Part shown: positions 8,217 through 18,128 of the stretch, one piece after another | Numbering within the stretch: the first letter of the stretch is position 1 | Layout: each line of letters starts with the position of its first letter | NCBI GenBank assembly: GCA_038882955.1 | Contig: JAVZNC010000003.1 | Span: forward strand, 1-64,000 | Origin: Candidatus Bathyarchaeia archaeon | GTDB taxonomy: Archaea; Thermoproteota; Bathyarchaeia; Bathyarchaeales; Bathycorpusculaceae | DNA length: 64,000 bases | Direction: 5' to 3' | Notes under the pieces: model-generated | The model's database searches: none | What the model was told of the DNA's origin: nothing | What the model saw: the letters and a program-made list of their open reading frames with translations, nothing else | Program-made: the position numbers and the translations under genes

Positions 8217-9760
8217 CAAACACCATGTTCAATTAGGTTTCGCCTTCCAACAAGTATCCATGGCGACGAAACGCCTCTCGCCCTTCTTGGGATTAACGCT
8301 TTCATCTTACTTGTGCTCACCATGTATGTTGCTATTGCCGCTGAAATCGCGGCAATTTCTTCAAGTTCTGCTACGCGCTCTGGTGGAATCCCGGTTTTCG
8401 CCTCTTCCTTTTTCACTTTTCTCTTTTTGAAGAATTCCATGGCTACTTGCGGGAAAAGCACGTATGTCAGCTTGTCCTCTTCACTTTCGATGTATGGTTT
8501 AACATCCTCTGGAATCTTATCCAAGGCTGGTTTAAGAAGGTCTGCTGGACGGCAAGTTATCGGCTTCTCGTCGCCAATGATTTTCCTTCTAACTTTCGGG
8601 TCTATGGGCGCTGGCGGCTTCCCATAAAAGCCCTTGACATAATCCCTTATTTCCTTTGGCACTATGCTATAGCGCTCGCCAGACAAAACATTGAAAACGG
8701 CTTGTATACCAACAAGCTGGCTTGTCGGCGTAACAAGCGGCGGATAACCCAACTCCTTTCGCACCCTTGGCACTTCCTCCAAAACTTCCTTCAATCGATG
8801 AAGCGCGTTCTGCTCCTTCAACTGCTCAAGAAGATTCGAAAACATTCCGCCTGGTATTTGATGAACGATTATTGAGGCGTCAACTCTCTCCGCCTTAGGG
8901 TCTATGAGCCTCAAAGGGTCGTAGTACTTTTCGCGGATTTCCCTAAAGTACTCACTTATCTCGTAGAGCAGTTGCATATCCAAGCCTGGGTCGTACGGCG
9001 TATCCTTCAAAGCTGCAACAATCGACTCTACTGGCGGTTGTGAAGTGCCCCATGCCAATGGCGAAAATGCTGCGTCAATTATGTCAACTCCAGCGTCGCA
9101 TGCGCGAAGATAGGTCATCATAACCATTCCGCTTGTGCTGTGCGAATGTAAGTGCACTGGCAAGCCCACCTCTTTTTTAAGGGCGCGTATTAGCTCGTAG
9201 GCTGGCTGTGGCGCAAGCATTCCAGCCATGTCCTTTATGCATATTGAATCACATTCGAGTTCTGCCAGTTTCTTGGCAACTTTCACGTAATACTCTATCG
9301 TGTGGACTGGACTTATCGTATAGCATATCGTGCCCTGCGCATGTTTGCCTACCTTCTTGATTGTTTTTATAGCTCTTTCCATGTTCCTAACATCGTTTAA
9401 CGCGTCGAAAATGCGGAATACGTCTATGCCGTTTTCCGCCGCCTTCTCAACAAACTTTATGACGACATCGTCTGGATAATTTCGGTAACCAACAACATTT
9501 TGTCCACGAAGAAGCATTTGGAGAGGCGTCCTCTTCACATGCCGTTTTAATATGCGAATTCTTTCCCACGGGTCTTCACCCAAATAGCGTATGCAAACAT
9601 CAAAAGTCGCGCCTCCCCACATCTCAAGCGAGAAAAATCCAACCCTATCCATTTTCTCTGCTATCGCCGCCATAGTGTCTGTGCGCATCCTCGTAGCCAT
9701 CAGAGACTGATGTGCATCTCTGAACGTGGTGTCTGTGATTTTAACCGGTTTCGAAGCCAT
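8216..9760 (-). CDS. Pyruvate/oxaloacetate carboxyltransferase (transcarboxylase 5S / PycB / OadA family) without biotin domain
   Basis: DTTFRDAHQS, EMWGGATFD, IKDMAG, HSH, LVTPTSQ. Confidence 0.93.
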   Translation of the reverse strand: MASKPVKITDTTFRDAHQSLMATRMRTDTMAAIAEKMDRVGFFSLEMWGGATFDVCIRYLGEDPWERIRILKRHVKRTPLQMLLRGQNVVGYRNYPDDVVIKFVEKAAENGIDVFRIFDALNDVRNMERAIKTIKKVGKHAQGTICYTISPVHTIEYYVKVAKKLAELECDSICIKDMAGMLAPQPAYELIRALKKEVGLPVHLHSHSTSGMVMMTYLRACDAGVDIIDAAFSPLAWGTSQPPVESIVAALKDTPYDPGLDMQLLYEISEYFREIREKYYDPLRLIDPKAERVDASIIVHQIPGGMFSNLLEQLKEQNALHRLKEVLEEVPRVRKELGYPPLVTPTSQLVGIQAVFNVLSGERYSIVPKEIRDYVKGFYGKPPAPIDPKVRRKIIGDEKPITCRPADLLKPALDKIPEDVKPYIESEEDKLTYVLFPQVAMEFFKKRKVKKEEAKTGIPPERVAELEEIAAISAAIATYMVSTSKMKALIPRRARGVSSPWILVGRRNLIEHGV

Positions 9761-9891
9761 AAATTGCCTAGCCCCTCTAGATATTTTGGAGTTTAAAGAA
9801 TAGTTAAGCTACTATTAATCTGTGATGGCAAGTTTAAGCCCCTTTTATAGATTGTTTTGAGCGCTTTTCCCCTAAGCCCCATTTAAAGAAC

Positions 9892-11460
9892 TTACAATGG
9901 TATGTTTCCATGTTTTCTTGCTGGTCTTGGCTCGCGTTTTGTCGCCAAACTCTCAAGTGCACTTATCAGTTTTGGTCTTGTTTCGGCTGGTTCTATAACC
10001 TCGTCTATGTAGCCCTTCTGAGCCGCAACATATGGGTTCGCAAATTTTCTTCTGTACTCGCTCACAAGTTCCATGCGCTTTTTCTGCGGGTCTTCCGCCT
10101 CAGAAATTTCTTTGCGAAAGATTATGTTTATTGCGCCTTGCGGTCCCATAACCGCGATTTCAGCTGTTGGCCAAGCATAGTTTATGTCCGCGCCAGAATG
10201 CTTCGAACCCATTACGTCGTATGCTCCTCCATAAGCCTTCCGCAGAATAACCGTGATTTTTGGAACAGTAGCCTCGCAGTACGCATACAAGAGCTTTGAG
10301 CCGTGCCTTATTATTCCGCCGTGCTCCTGTTCTGTGCCTGGCAAGAAGCCTGGGACATCAACGAATGTTATTATTGGTATGTTGAAGCAGTCGCAGAACC
10401 TTATAAACCGTCCAGCTTTCATGCTGCTGTTTATGTCTAAGGCTCCAGCATAATGCATGGGCTGGTTTGCAACTATGCCGACAACTTTGCCGTTTAGGCG
10501 TGCAAAGCCTATAACTATGTTTTGCGCCCACAACTGCTGAATCTCGAAGAACTCGCCGTTGTCCACAACGCTGTGTATAGCGTCTTTCACGTCGTAGGGC
10601 TTGTCTGGATCATCTGGGAGAACTTTTGTCAAAGCCTCGTCTGTGCGGTTCGGGTCGTCGGTAGGCTCAACCTCAGGCGGGTCTTCCAAATAATTGTTTG
10701 GCAAATAACTCAAAAGCTTCTTAATTATTTGTATGCAGTTTTCCTCATCCTTCGCTATGAAGTGGGCAACACCACTTTTTGTGGAATGCACCATCGCCCC
10801 GCCCAAATCTTCAAAACTAACCTCCTGTCCCAATGCGGCTTTAACCACGTCTGGACCAGTAATGAACATGTGGCTTGTCTTGTCAACCATTACAATGAAG
10901 TCAGTCAATGCTGGCGAGTAGACAGCTCCACCAGCGCACGGTCCCATTATGGCGCTTATCTGCGGAATCACGCCAGACGCTATCACGTTTCTGAAGAATA
11001 TGTCGCCGTAACCAGCAAGACTTGCCACGCCTTCTTGTATCCGTGCTCCGCCACTGTCGTTTAAGCCTATGACCGGCGCGCCAGTTTTTAGCGCTAAATC
11101 CATGAGCTTGCAAACCTTTTTGGCGAACATTTCGCCGAGCGAACCGCCGAAAACCGTGAAGTCTTGGCTAAAAACGTAAACAAGTCGCCCATCAATCGTG
11201 CCGTAACCCGTTATGACGCCGTCGCCTAGAAACTTCTTTTCAGCCATGCCGAATTCGGTGCATTGGTGAACAACAAAACGGTCAAGCTCATTAAAACTTC
11301 CAGCGTCCAACAACAATTCAATACGTTCACGAGCAGTCAACTTGCCCTTCGCATGCTGCTCCTCAATGCGTTTTTTTCCGCCGCCAAGCATCGCCTGCTC
11401 ATTCAACTCGCGTAAACGCCTAATCTTCTCCTCAACACTGGACTCTCCAGCCAAAGACAT
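9892..11460 (-). CDS. Acyl-CoA carboxyltransferase (12S / MmdA / PccB family)
   Basis: [53 protein letters not shown]. Confidence 0.95.
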   Translation of the reverse strand: MSLAGESSVEEKIRRLRELNEQAMLGGGKKRIEEQHAKGKLTARERIELLLDAGSFNELDRFVVHQCTEFGMAEKKFLGDGVITGYGTIDGRLVYVFSQDFTVFGGSLGEMFAKKVCKLMDLALKTGAPVIGLNDSGGARIQEGVASLAGYGDIFFRNVIASGVIPQISAIMGPCAGGAVYSPALTDFIVMVDKTSHMFITGPDVVKAALGQEVSFEDLGGAMVHSTKSGVAHFIAKDEENCIQIIKKLLSYLPNNYLEDPPEVEPTDDPNRTDEALTKVLPDDPDKPYDVKDAIHSVVDNGEFFEIQQLWAQNIVIGFARLNGKVVGIVANQPMHYAGALDINSSMKAGRFIRFCDCFNIPIITFVDVPGFLPGTEQEHGGIIRHGSKLLYAYCEATVPKITVILRKAYGGAYDVMGSKHSGADINYAWPTAEIAVMGPQGAINIIFRKEISEAEDPQKKRMELVSEYRRKFANPYVAAQKGYIDEVIEPAETRPKLISALESLATKREPRPARKHGNIPL

Positions 11461-11532
11461 ACACAACACCCTAAACGAGACACTAGTGAGTACAACAAAT
11501 ATTTAGAACCTATGGAAAAACAAGCAAAATTT

Positions 11533-11610
11533 TGGTGCGGTCGCCGGGATTTGAACCCGGGTCGTCAGCGTGGCAGGCTGATGTCCTAGACCAGGCTAGA
11601 CTACGACCGC
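11533..11610 (-). tRNA. tRNA-Gly(GCC) with encoded CCA
   Basis: Reverse complement GCGGTCGTAGTCTAGCCTGG..CTGCCAC..GGTTCAAATCCCGGCGACCGCACCA. Confidence 0.97.
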
Positions 11611-11667
11611 TTTTTGCTGAATGAGAATTTGCGACGGCTCTTATTTTTCTTTTCCTTAGGCTGGTGT

Positions 11668-12081
11668 TTAACTATGAATGTGGTCCAGAGCGTTTTCTAG
11701 CTCTTCGATTTTTCTGATGATTATGTCTGAATGCGTTATTATCCATGGGCTTGGGTTTTTTATTTTACATATGCATATGGTTTTCTTTTCCTTCTGGTTT
11801 GCATAGAAAAGTTCCATGCACGTTCCAGCTGAAAGTTTCGGCATGTAAGCAACCAAAACATCACATTTTTCAATGTCTTCTAAATCTCTCTTGATAAAGT
11901 CTGCTGCGGGCACTTTATCCCACCACCCAAACTCTGAACCTTTGTAGATTATTTTTTCTCTTTCCCAAGGGTCAACAACATCATAGCCACATTGTATGCA
12001 AATTTCGCGGATAACTTTTCTGTAGTTCTGCTTTGTTTCCATGCCTTGGATTGGACCTGAAATGAAAACTTTGCCCTTCAT
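11668..12081 (-). CDS. Nucleoside 2-deoxyribosyltransferase-like protein
   Basis: VFISGPI, D..DIEKCDVLVA, SAGTCMELFYA. Confidence 0.8.
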   Translation of the reverse strand: MKGKVFISGPIQGMETKQNYRKVIREICIQCGYDVVDPWEREKIIYKGSEFGWWDKVPAADFIKRDLEDIEKCDVLVAYMPKLSAGTCMELFYANQKEKKTICICKIKNPSPWIITHSDIIIRKIEELENALDHIHS

Positions 12082-12209
12082 GTTCTAGCCACGCAAAGAT
12101 TGCGGTGGATCCGCTATTAAATTTTATTTACTCATCAAGGGAAAAGCATTAAAAACAAGCTGATCATCCTAGCTTTTCTATAAGCCAATTTGAGAATGGA
12201 GCGCATAAT

Positions 12210-13457
12210 TTGGGACTTGTTGACCCAGCAGTCGCGATAGTAATTGCGTTTGCCCTACTTGTAATTCTGCTTTATAAACGCGTGAATTTGGGGATAACCC
12301 TAAACTTAACAGCCATAACCTTGGCGCTGCTTGCCCTCGAATGGACAAGAATACCCGTAGTGTTTTATGAGGCAAGCATCAAACCCGAAACGGTTTCAGT
12401 TGTTATCGCAACCTTTGGGATAATGCTGTTAAGCCAGCTTTACAATGAAACTGGAATCATTGACGAACTCAGCGAAAGCATAAGCAGATTAATCAACAAT
12501 CCAAAGATAGTGTTGGGGCTTGTGCCAGCGGTTATAGGACTTTTGCCTGTTGCTGGTGGAGCCCTGATGTCGGCGCCACTTGTTGATGTTGAGGCTGAAA
12601 AGCTTAAGTTGAAGCCTCAAAGGAAAGCATATATAAACTTGTGGTTTAGGCACACGATTTTTCCAGTTTACCCTTTAAGTCCGCCAATAATCACGACTGC
12701 TATGCTTACTGGCGTGGCGATTCCACTCATCATTTTGCGTCAAATTCCAGCAGTTCTTGTAATGATAATAGTTGGCTATGTAATCGGCTTTTGGAAGATA
12801 AAAAATCCGGAAAATAAAGAAGTGGAAGGCGAAAAAAGTCCGAATTCAAATTTTAAAACCTTTTTGTTGTCTTTTAGTCCAATTTTGGCAACAATTGTCT
12901 TCGCCATAGCCCTAAGTGTAACGGGAATCGAGTTTTTTACGCAGGGGCGCGATGTTGTAATTGCTGTTTTCGTAGGAATTGCAGTGTTAATTGTACTCTC
13001 AAGAATGCGTTTTACAACATTTGCCAAGCCATTCAAAAGCTGGGGGATTTATGGCATAACCCTCGCAGCCTACGGCGCCTTCCTATTGAGGGATGTTATG
13101 ATTTCTCCAGAAATTAGCCAGCTTTTCTCTCAAATAGTTACAAACGGCAGCAACTCATACGTTGGCACAATTCTCTTAGCAACGCTTCCGGCAGTTTTGG
13201 GGGTTCTCACGGGCTCACCAGTCAGCGGAATCGCCATAAGCATTCCAATACTTTGTGGGGCTTCATCAATAGCCGCAAACACGGCAGCATTAATTTACAT
13301 AAGCGCATATTTGGGATACACGATAGCGCCAACGCACCTATGCTTCACGTTCACAGCAGACTACTTCAAATGTCATCTAGGAAAAATGTACAAGTATGTA
13401 ATTCCATCCTTCATACCAACATTTCTAACGGCTCTACTAGTTTACTCTCTGCTCTAA
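12210..13457 (+). CDS. DUF401-like polytopic membrane protein (putative transporter)
   Basis: About 10-12 TM segments; IGLLPVAGGALMSAP, NLWFRH, PTHLC. Confidence 0.8.
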   Translation: MGLVDPAVAIVIAFALLVILLYKRVNLGITLNLTAITLALLALEWTRIPVVFYEASIKPETVSVVIATFGIMLLSQLYNETGIIDELSESISRLINNPKIVLGLVPAVIGLLPVAGGALMSAPLVDVEAEKLKLKPQRKAYINLWFRHTIFPVYPLSPPIITTAMLTGVAIPLIILRQIPAVLVMIIVGYVIGFWKIKNPENKEVEGEKSPNSNFKTFLLSFSPILATIVFAIALSVTGIEFFTQGRDVVIAVFVGIAVLIVLSRMRFTTFAKPFKSWGIYGITLAAYGAFLLRDVMISPEISQLFSQIVTNGSNSYVGTILLATLPAVLGVLTGSPVSGIAISIPILCGASSIAANTAALIYISAYLGYTIAPTHLCFTFTADYFKCHLGKMYKYVIPSFIPTFLTALLVYSLL

Positions 13458-13481
13458 TGCAATGAAAAATGCTGTTTTTCG

Positions 13482-14933
13482 CTATGTCTGTTTTTGCCAT
13501 TTTTCTTGTAGAAATCTTGGAATTTCCGAGGAATCTCTTGGTCCTACTAGGACTTGCCATCCGCTTAATTCTTCTATTTCTCCGCTTAGGCGCGCTGCCT
13601 TTCCAGGGATTATCAGTTTTCTGTGCTTAACTTTGTTTTCTATTCCAGAGGTTTTTATGGCTTCGGCTACTTTTTCTGCTGTGAGTTTGCGTCCGGCTAC
13701 TGCGCTGTCGACGGCTATGCCTTCTGTGTCCACGACGAGCAAGTAGGCGTTTACTTTTGCGTTTTCAATGTCCGATGCTACCGTGTAATATGTTAATGCG
13801 AAGTTTGTTGTGAACATTACTGGCGAGTTCTCGTCTGGAGTGCCGAACACTTTTAGTCCTGGCTCTACGGCTACTGGCTTGCGTGGGTCTGTGTAGATGT
13901 TCTGTCGCAGTATAACATTTGGCAGCAATGCCCAGCCGTCGACGCTGTGCATTATTAAGATGTCGGCGAAACGCACTATAAGCATACCAGCCAAGCATGC
14001 CTCTTTCCACTTGGCAACCTCTTCTGGGGCTTCGCCTTTTCCTATCCAAGCTGTCATGGGCACGCCAATCAGTGGAAAGCCTAAAACCTCGTCTCCCCGT
14101 TTACACGCAGCTCTGCGAAGCATTGTGAAGTTATTTAGGGTTCCAGCTAAGCCTTCTTCTGGGAAGGTGCCAGGGTCAAGGACAAGGTCGCTGACACCAT
14201 ATTCAATTAGCGTTTTCGCTAGAGACTTTAACATTTTAAGGTTGTTTGGCGCGAAAACGGTTAATGGACAATTGTAGGCGAGTGCAAGTTCAGCCATCTC
14301 CTGCCAGTTTTCTGTCGTCGCCGCGTACAATAGTGGACGCGCTTTTGGAACAGCTTCCAACCCAGCTTTTAGAATGCTTGGGTTCAGTGAGCACAGTATT
14401 AGTGGAAGGGTTGTGTTTTCGGCGACTTTTCTGACTGTTTCCTTGAACTTTTCTGGGTCATTTGACGTTGAGCGTACGGCTATCATGTCAAGCTTTAACA
14501 TCTGCCCGATGTATTCAAACTTGAACTGTTCAGTCTTTTTTATGCGGCTCAGCATTTCCTCTTCAGTCATCTCGTCTGTCACGTCTATGGCGATTGCTGT
14601 TGGGTTAAAGTATGTAAATTCGTGGCGGTACATGACAAGTTTGCCGCCGACTTTGATGGCGCAGTCTCCAACGCCGATAACAACCTCTTTTATTGCTGGC
14701 TTGAGCATATCCTTTAGTTGGTTGTAGGCTTTCTCGAACTCCTTAGCCAAGAGCGGAGAACATTTCTCTATTGGGACTTCACGGTTGACAAGTTTCGTGG
14801 CGAAAGCCATGCAGTTTTCTTCGCCGCACTCTTTGCAGTTTGTACGTGGCAAAAGTTTGTAAACGTCTATTGGGCTTAACTCTCTTATTCCAACTTTTCC
14901 TTTGGCTTCTCTTTCGCTCATAACGCTATCCAC
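13482..14933 (-). CDS. cdhE: Acetyl-CoA decarbonylase/synthase gamma subunit (corrinoid Fe-S large)
   Basis: LPRTNCKECGEENCMAFA, NIYTDPRKP, TTNFALTY, VGPRDSS. Confidence 0.96.
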   Translation of the reverse strand: MDSVMSEREAKGKVGIRELSPIDVYKLLPRTNCKECGEENCMAFATKLVNREVPIEKCSPLLAKEFEKAYNQLKDMLKPAIKEVVIGVGDCAIKVGGKLVMYRHEFTYFNPTAIAIDVTDEMTEEEMLSRIKKTEQFKFEYIGQMLKLDMIAVRSTSNDPEKFKETVRKVAENTTLPLILCSLNPSILKAGLEAVPKARPLLYAATTENWQEMAELALAYNCPLTVFAPNNLKMLKSLAKTLIEYGVSDLVLDPGTFPEEGLAGTLNNFTMLRRAACKRGDEVLGFPLIGVPMTAWIGKGEAPEEVAKWKEACLAGMLIVRFADILIMHSVDGWALLPNVILRQNIYTDPRKPVAVEPGLKVFGTPDENSPVMFTTNFALTYYTVASDIENAKVNAYLLVVDTEGIAVDSAVAGRKLTAEKVAEAIKTSGIENKVKHRKLIIPGKAARLSGEIEELSGWQVLVGPRDSSEIPRFLQEKWQKQT

Positions 14934-14934
14934 C

Positions 14935-16155
14935 TTAAACTTTCATTGAAACCCATTCAACAAGCCTCTCGGCGTTTCCAACGTTGCCGCCCAGAAGCTG
15001 CTCTATAACGTTCTTAATCGTTTTTACAGCGGCTGGATGCATCATCATGAAAAGGTCAACGCCAGCCAGAAGAAGCGTTGATGCTGTTAGGACTTCCCAC
15101 AGTGGACCGCGCAGTTCGCGTGGTTCCCATTCAGGTGCCATTTCAAGCCAAGCTTCGCGGGCTGCCCAGGCGTTTGTTGTTCCAGAGGACATTGGATGCG
15201 CTAGTTCAGGGTCTCCCATAAGTGCTGCCAGTCTGGCTCGTTCCATGTTTGTGAAGGCGTAATCCAAACCGTAGCCAAGAGCGGCTGTTGTTAAGTCCAT
15301 AACTATGTCTTCTTTTGGTAGGAAATCGTAGAGTATGCGGTTTAATTCTCTTGCAAGGTTCAAATCCATTGGCGTAAACGACAAGGCTACGTGCCCATGC
15401 TTTTTTATGAATTTTGCGCACCTTTCAACGTCCATGTCCCGCGTTATCGAACTTATTAGGAAGCGTTCTCCAGCGAATGCTTCGGCAACAGCCTCAAAAA
15501 CGTCTGCATCCTTCTTCGGGTCTCCACAGCCTCCAATTATTAGCGGCACATCCACTGCCTGCGCAACTTCCTCAACTGTTTTGACAGCCTCTTTTGGCGT
15601 GGCATCCTTAACAAGCGGGTCTATGCTTATCAAGTGCACAGTTAAGAGGTCAGCCCCAAATTTTTCAACAGCAAGCTTCGCCCAAGCAGCGGGATCCTCT
15701 ATAACATCCTTCACATGCGTTTTAACAGCCTTTGGCAGTGGAACCTTCATGTCGAAAACGTCAACCGCGATCACTGGAGGATGAGGCATGGGTTTTTCAA
15801 AAGTGTAGAAGGCTGGGGTTGTCTCGCCTCCGATGACTATTGATTTGCCGCGGGTTCCTCCCTCGCTTTTTGTGGCTCCAAGCTTAACCTCAACAACCTT
15901 TCCTGGATAGGTTTCAACTGGCGGCACAAACTCCATTTCAATTATTTTTGTGGGTTTAGCCTTTAACGGCGGAGCAACCTTTGGCGGCGCAACAACTGGC
16001 GCGGCTACAGCGCTTGGTTGTATCCAAAGCTCTAAATCGCCGACTTCCATCTCGAAGTCTTCCAGTTCAATCTCTTGAAGCTTTGCCAGAAGTTCAAGCA
16101 GCCGCGAATTCAACTTTAAGCCTAAAGTTTGCTCTTTTTTCTCGTTTTTTGTCAA
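14935..16155 (-). CDS. cdhD: ACDS delta subunit (corrinoid Fe-S small)
   Basis: GATKSEGGTR, DPAAWAK, ALGYGLDY, NAWAAREAW, MMHP. Confidence 0.95.
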   Translation of the reverse strand: MTKNEKKEQTLGLKLNSRLLELLAKLQEIELEDFEMEVGDLELWIQPSAVAAPVVAPPKVAPPLKAKPTKIIEMEFVPPVETYPGKVVEVKLGATKSEGGTRGKSIVIGGETTPAFYTFEKPMPHPPVIAVDVFDMKVPLPKAVKTHVKDVIEDPAAWAKLAVEKFGADLLTVHLISIDPLVKDATPKEAVKTVEEVAQAVDVPLIIGGCGDPKKDADVFEAVAEAFAGERFLISSITRDMDVERCAKFIKKHGHVALSFTPMDLNLARELNRILYDFLPKEDIVMDLTTAALGYGLDYAFTNMERARLAALMGDPELAHPMSSGTTNAWAAREAWLEMAPEWEPRELRGPLWEVLTASTLLLAGVDLFMMMHPAAVKTIKNVIEQLLGGNVGNAERLVEWVSMKV

Positions 16156-16162
16156 ATCCCTT

Positions 16163-17569
16163 TCACCTTTTCTCGGCTTTTTCGCTTTTTAGCGAGCGGA
16201 TAATCACTTTTTTGGCGTAGATTTTCGCGTCTTTCAGGATTATTTTGAAACCTCCAGCAGTTATCGGCAAGGTTGTAGCGGTAATTACTGGAGCTGTTGG
16301 CATCTCCTCTCTTGTCTCTGCTGGTGCTGCCTCCTCTACTGCAACGCCTACCTCTTCTTTCCAGCGCTCAACAACTGGATGGTTGCGTTCTTTGAGAAAT
16401 GCCTTTAACTCGTCAATTGTTTTCGCGTCTTCTTCTGTGGCGATTTTGTCGACAAGCTCTGCTGGAATGAAGTTTTTCACTCTTTCCTTAACCTCTTTTG
16501 GAAGCCAAACAACGCGGCTCCATCCGCCGTCTGCCTGCAAAAACTTCGGAGAGCGCATGTACTCAATTGATATTCCATGGAAACCGTCAACTTGGCGTCC
16601 ACCAGCAGTTGAGTCCGCAAGCGTTGAGAAAGCTAAACCGTTTACGGCTACATCCCTATAACCCCTATGCACGATGCCGAAACCGTCAACTTCTGGAATA
16701 TAAAAGGCTACAGCCTCGAAGCATCCGCATGACGTGTGCGGATAACCAAACGCAGTGTAAAGCCAAACTCGCGTGATTTCGCCAAGAGACTTCTTCTTAA
16801 CAGCCTCGTTCACGCCAGAAAACTCGCCCTTAACAGGGTCCAACATCTCGCCCTTCTCAATTGTGAAAACTGGTCCTTTGGGGTCTATACTTGCAGCTGC
16901 CCTTCCGTCAAACCAGCTTATGGCGCCGCAGTTCGAGTACCTTTGCGGTGTTATTACACAAACGTGTGTTGGCGCGAAGGATTGGCATAAGATGCATCCG
17001 TAAAACTTGTCAACCTCCTCATCCTTCAAGCCTCTAGCCCTAGCATCCCTTGCTTCATAGATTTTTAATGCTTCTTCGTAGAGCGGTTTCACTTTGGCGG
17101 GGTCTGTTATGAATGTTACTTGCATTTTCTCGATTATTGGCAGTTCGCTTTTGAAAAGCCTATGTAGGACTTTTCCGATGAACTGGAAGGAGTTTAAGCC
17201 CTTCTGGAAGGATTTTTTGCTCAGTCTAAGCCAAATGTCATAGCGCTGGTTTAGGTGCATAAATCCTTCAATGAAGTTGCAGTACTCGTGTATGCGCCTC
17301 TCAATTACGCCTTCAAGTTCAGGTTCAAGCTGTGCGCCAGCAACTTCGATGAGTATTCCAAACGGGTAGCTTTTGCCTTCCTCCATATCCTTCAAGTCTG
17401 GTCCTATTATGGTTACTTTTCCATCTTCGACTTCTTCTGGCTTCTTCACCCGCGCTAACTCAAATTTTTCTTTTATGTCTGGTCCGCCAAGTTCAACGTG
17501 CATGTCGTTTCTGCGTATTCTTTCGCCTTCGTAGATTACGCCTACGTCTACGGGTATGTCTTCAAACAT
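16163..17569 (-). CDS. cdhC: ACDS beta subunit (acetyl-CoA synthase)
   Basis: YEGERIR, GCILCQSFAPTHVC, PHTSCGCFE (A-cluster ligands). Confidence 0.97.
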   Translation of the reverse strand: MFEDIPVDVGVIYEGERIRRNDMHVELGGPDIKEKFELARVKKPEEVEDGKVTIIGPDLKDMEEGKSYPFGILIEVAGAQLEPELEGVIERRIHEYCNFIEGFMHLNQRYDIWLRLSKKSFQKGLNSFQFIGKVLHRLFKSELPIIEKMQVTFITDPAKVKPLYEEALKIYEARDARARGLKDEEVDKFYGCILCQSFAPTHVCVITPQRYSNCGAISWFDGRAAASIDPKGPVFTIEKGEMLDPVKGEFSGVNEAVKKKSLGEITRVWLYTAFGYPHTSCGCFEAVAFYIPEVDGFGIVHRGYRDVAVNGLAFSTLADSTAGGRQVDGFHGISIEYMRSPKFLQADGGWSRVVWLPKEVKERVKNFIPAELVDKIATEEDAKTIDELKAFLKERNHPVVERWKEEVGVAVEEAAPAETREEMPTAPVITATTLPITAGGFKIILKDAKIYAKKVIIRSLKSEKAEKR

Positions 17570-17579
17570 TGACACTTTC

Positions 17580-18122
17580 TCATTTGCCTCCTTCAACTTT
17601 TTCAATTATAACTTTAAGGTTTTCAAACCAATCTTTGAGGGAAATGTTCGGGAAAGACCAGTTGGCATTTGGCTGGTAAACATTATCCAAAGTTACAGTT
17701 TTAACGTGCGGCGCAAAATGTTTCAAGCCGTTAAGAATTGTCCACTCCATGTAGTAGGGAAGACCCAAAAACAAAGCTAAATCGTAAGGTCCATTACCGT
17801 CAAGTCCAGTCCACGTGGAATCCGTAAGCCTATTCCCAATGTCCACGGCGGGCATCCACCCCTCTGGCTTGTAGCCTCTGCCTAAAAATTCGCTTACGGT
17901 GTGGGCTGTCGCCACAACTGGAATTTTGGCTTTCCTCGCCAACTCAATGACAAAATCGATCAGCTTCTCATCTTCAAAGGCTATTTCAGCGGCTTTATGC
18001 CCAACTATCAAGATTGGGCGTTTAGCCTTTTTTATCATGGCAGCAGCAACATCAGGCTTTGTTATAACCATAGCCTTTTTGGGTCCGGGAATTTCTGCGG
18101 TTTGCCAAGGTTCAGCAGCCAT
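17580..18122 (-). CDS. cdhB: ACDS epsilon subunit
   Basis: PWQTAEIPGP, KRPILIVG, WTGLDGNGPYDL, YQPNANWS; operon position. Confidence 0.93.
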   Translation of the reverse strand: MAAEPWQTAEIPGPKKAMVITKPDVAAAMIKKAKRPILIVGHKAAEIAFEDEKLIDFVIELARKAKIPVVATAHTVSEFLGRGYKPEGWMPAVDIGNRLTDSTWTGLDGNGPYDLALFLGLPYYMEWTILNGLKHFAPHVKTVTLDNVYQPNANWSFPNISLKDWFENLKVIIEKVEGGK

Positions 18123-18128
18123 ACACGT

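Noticed and set aside
7659-11460. Na+-pumping methylmalonyl-CoA/oxaloacetate decarboxylase
   Set aside because: No membrane beta subunit or TM-anchored delta subunit in the cluster; not excluded genome-wide
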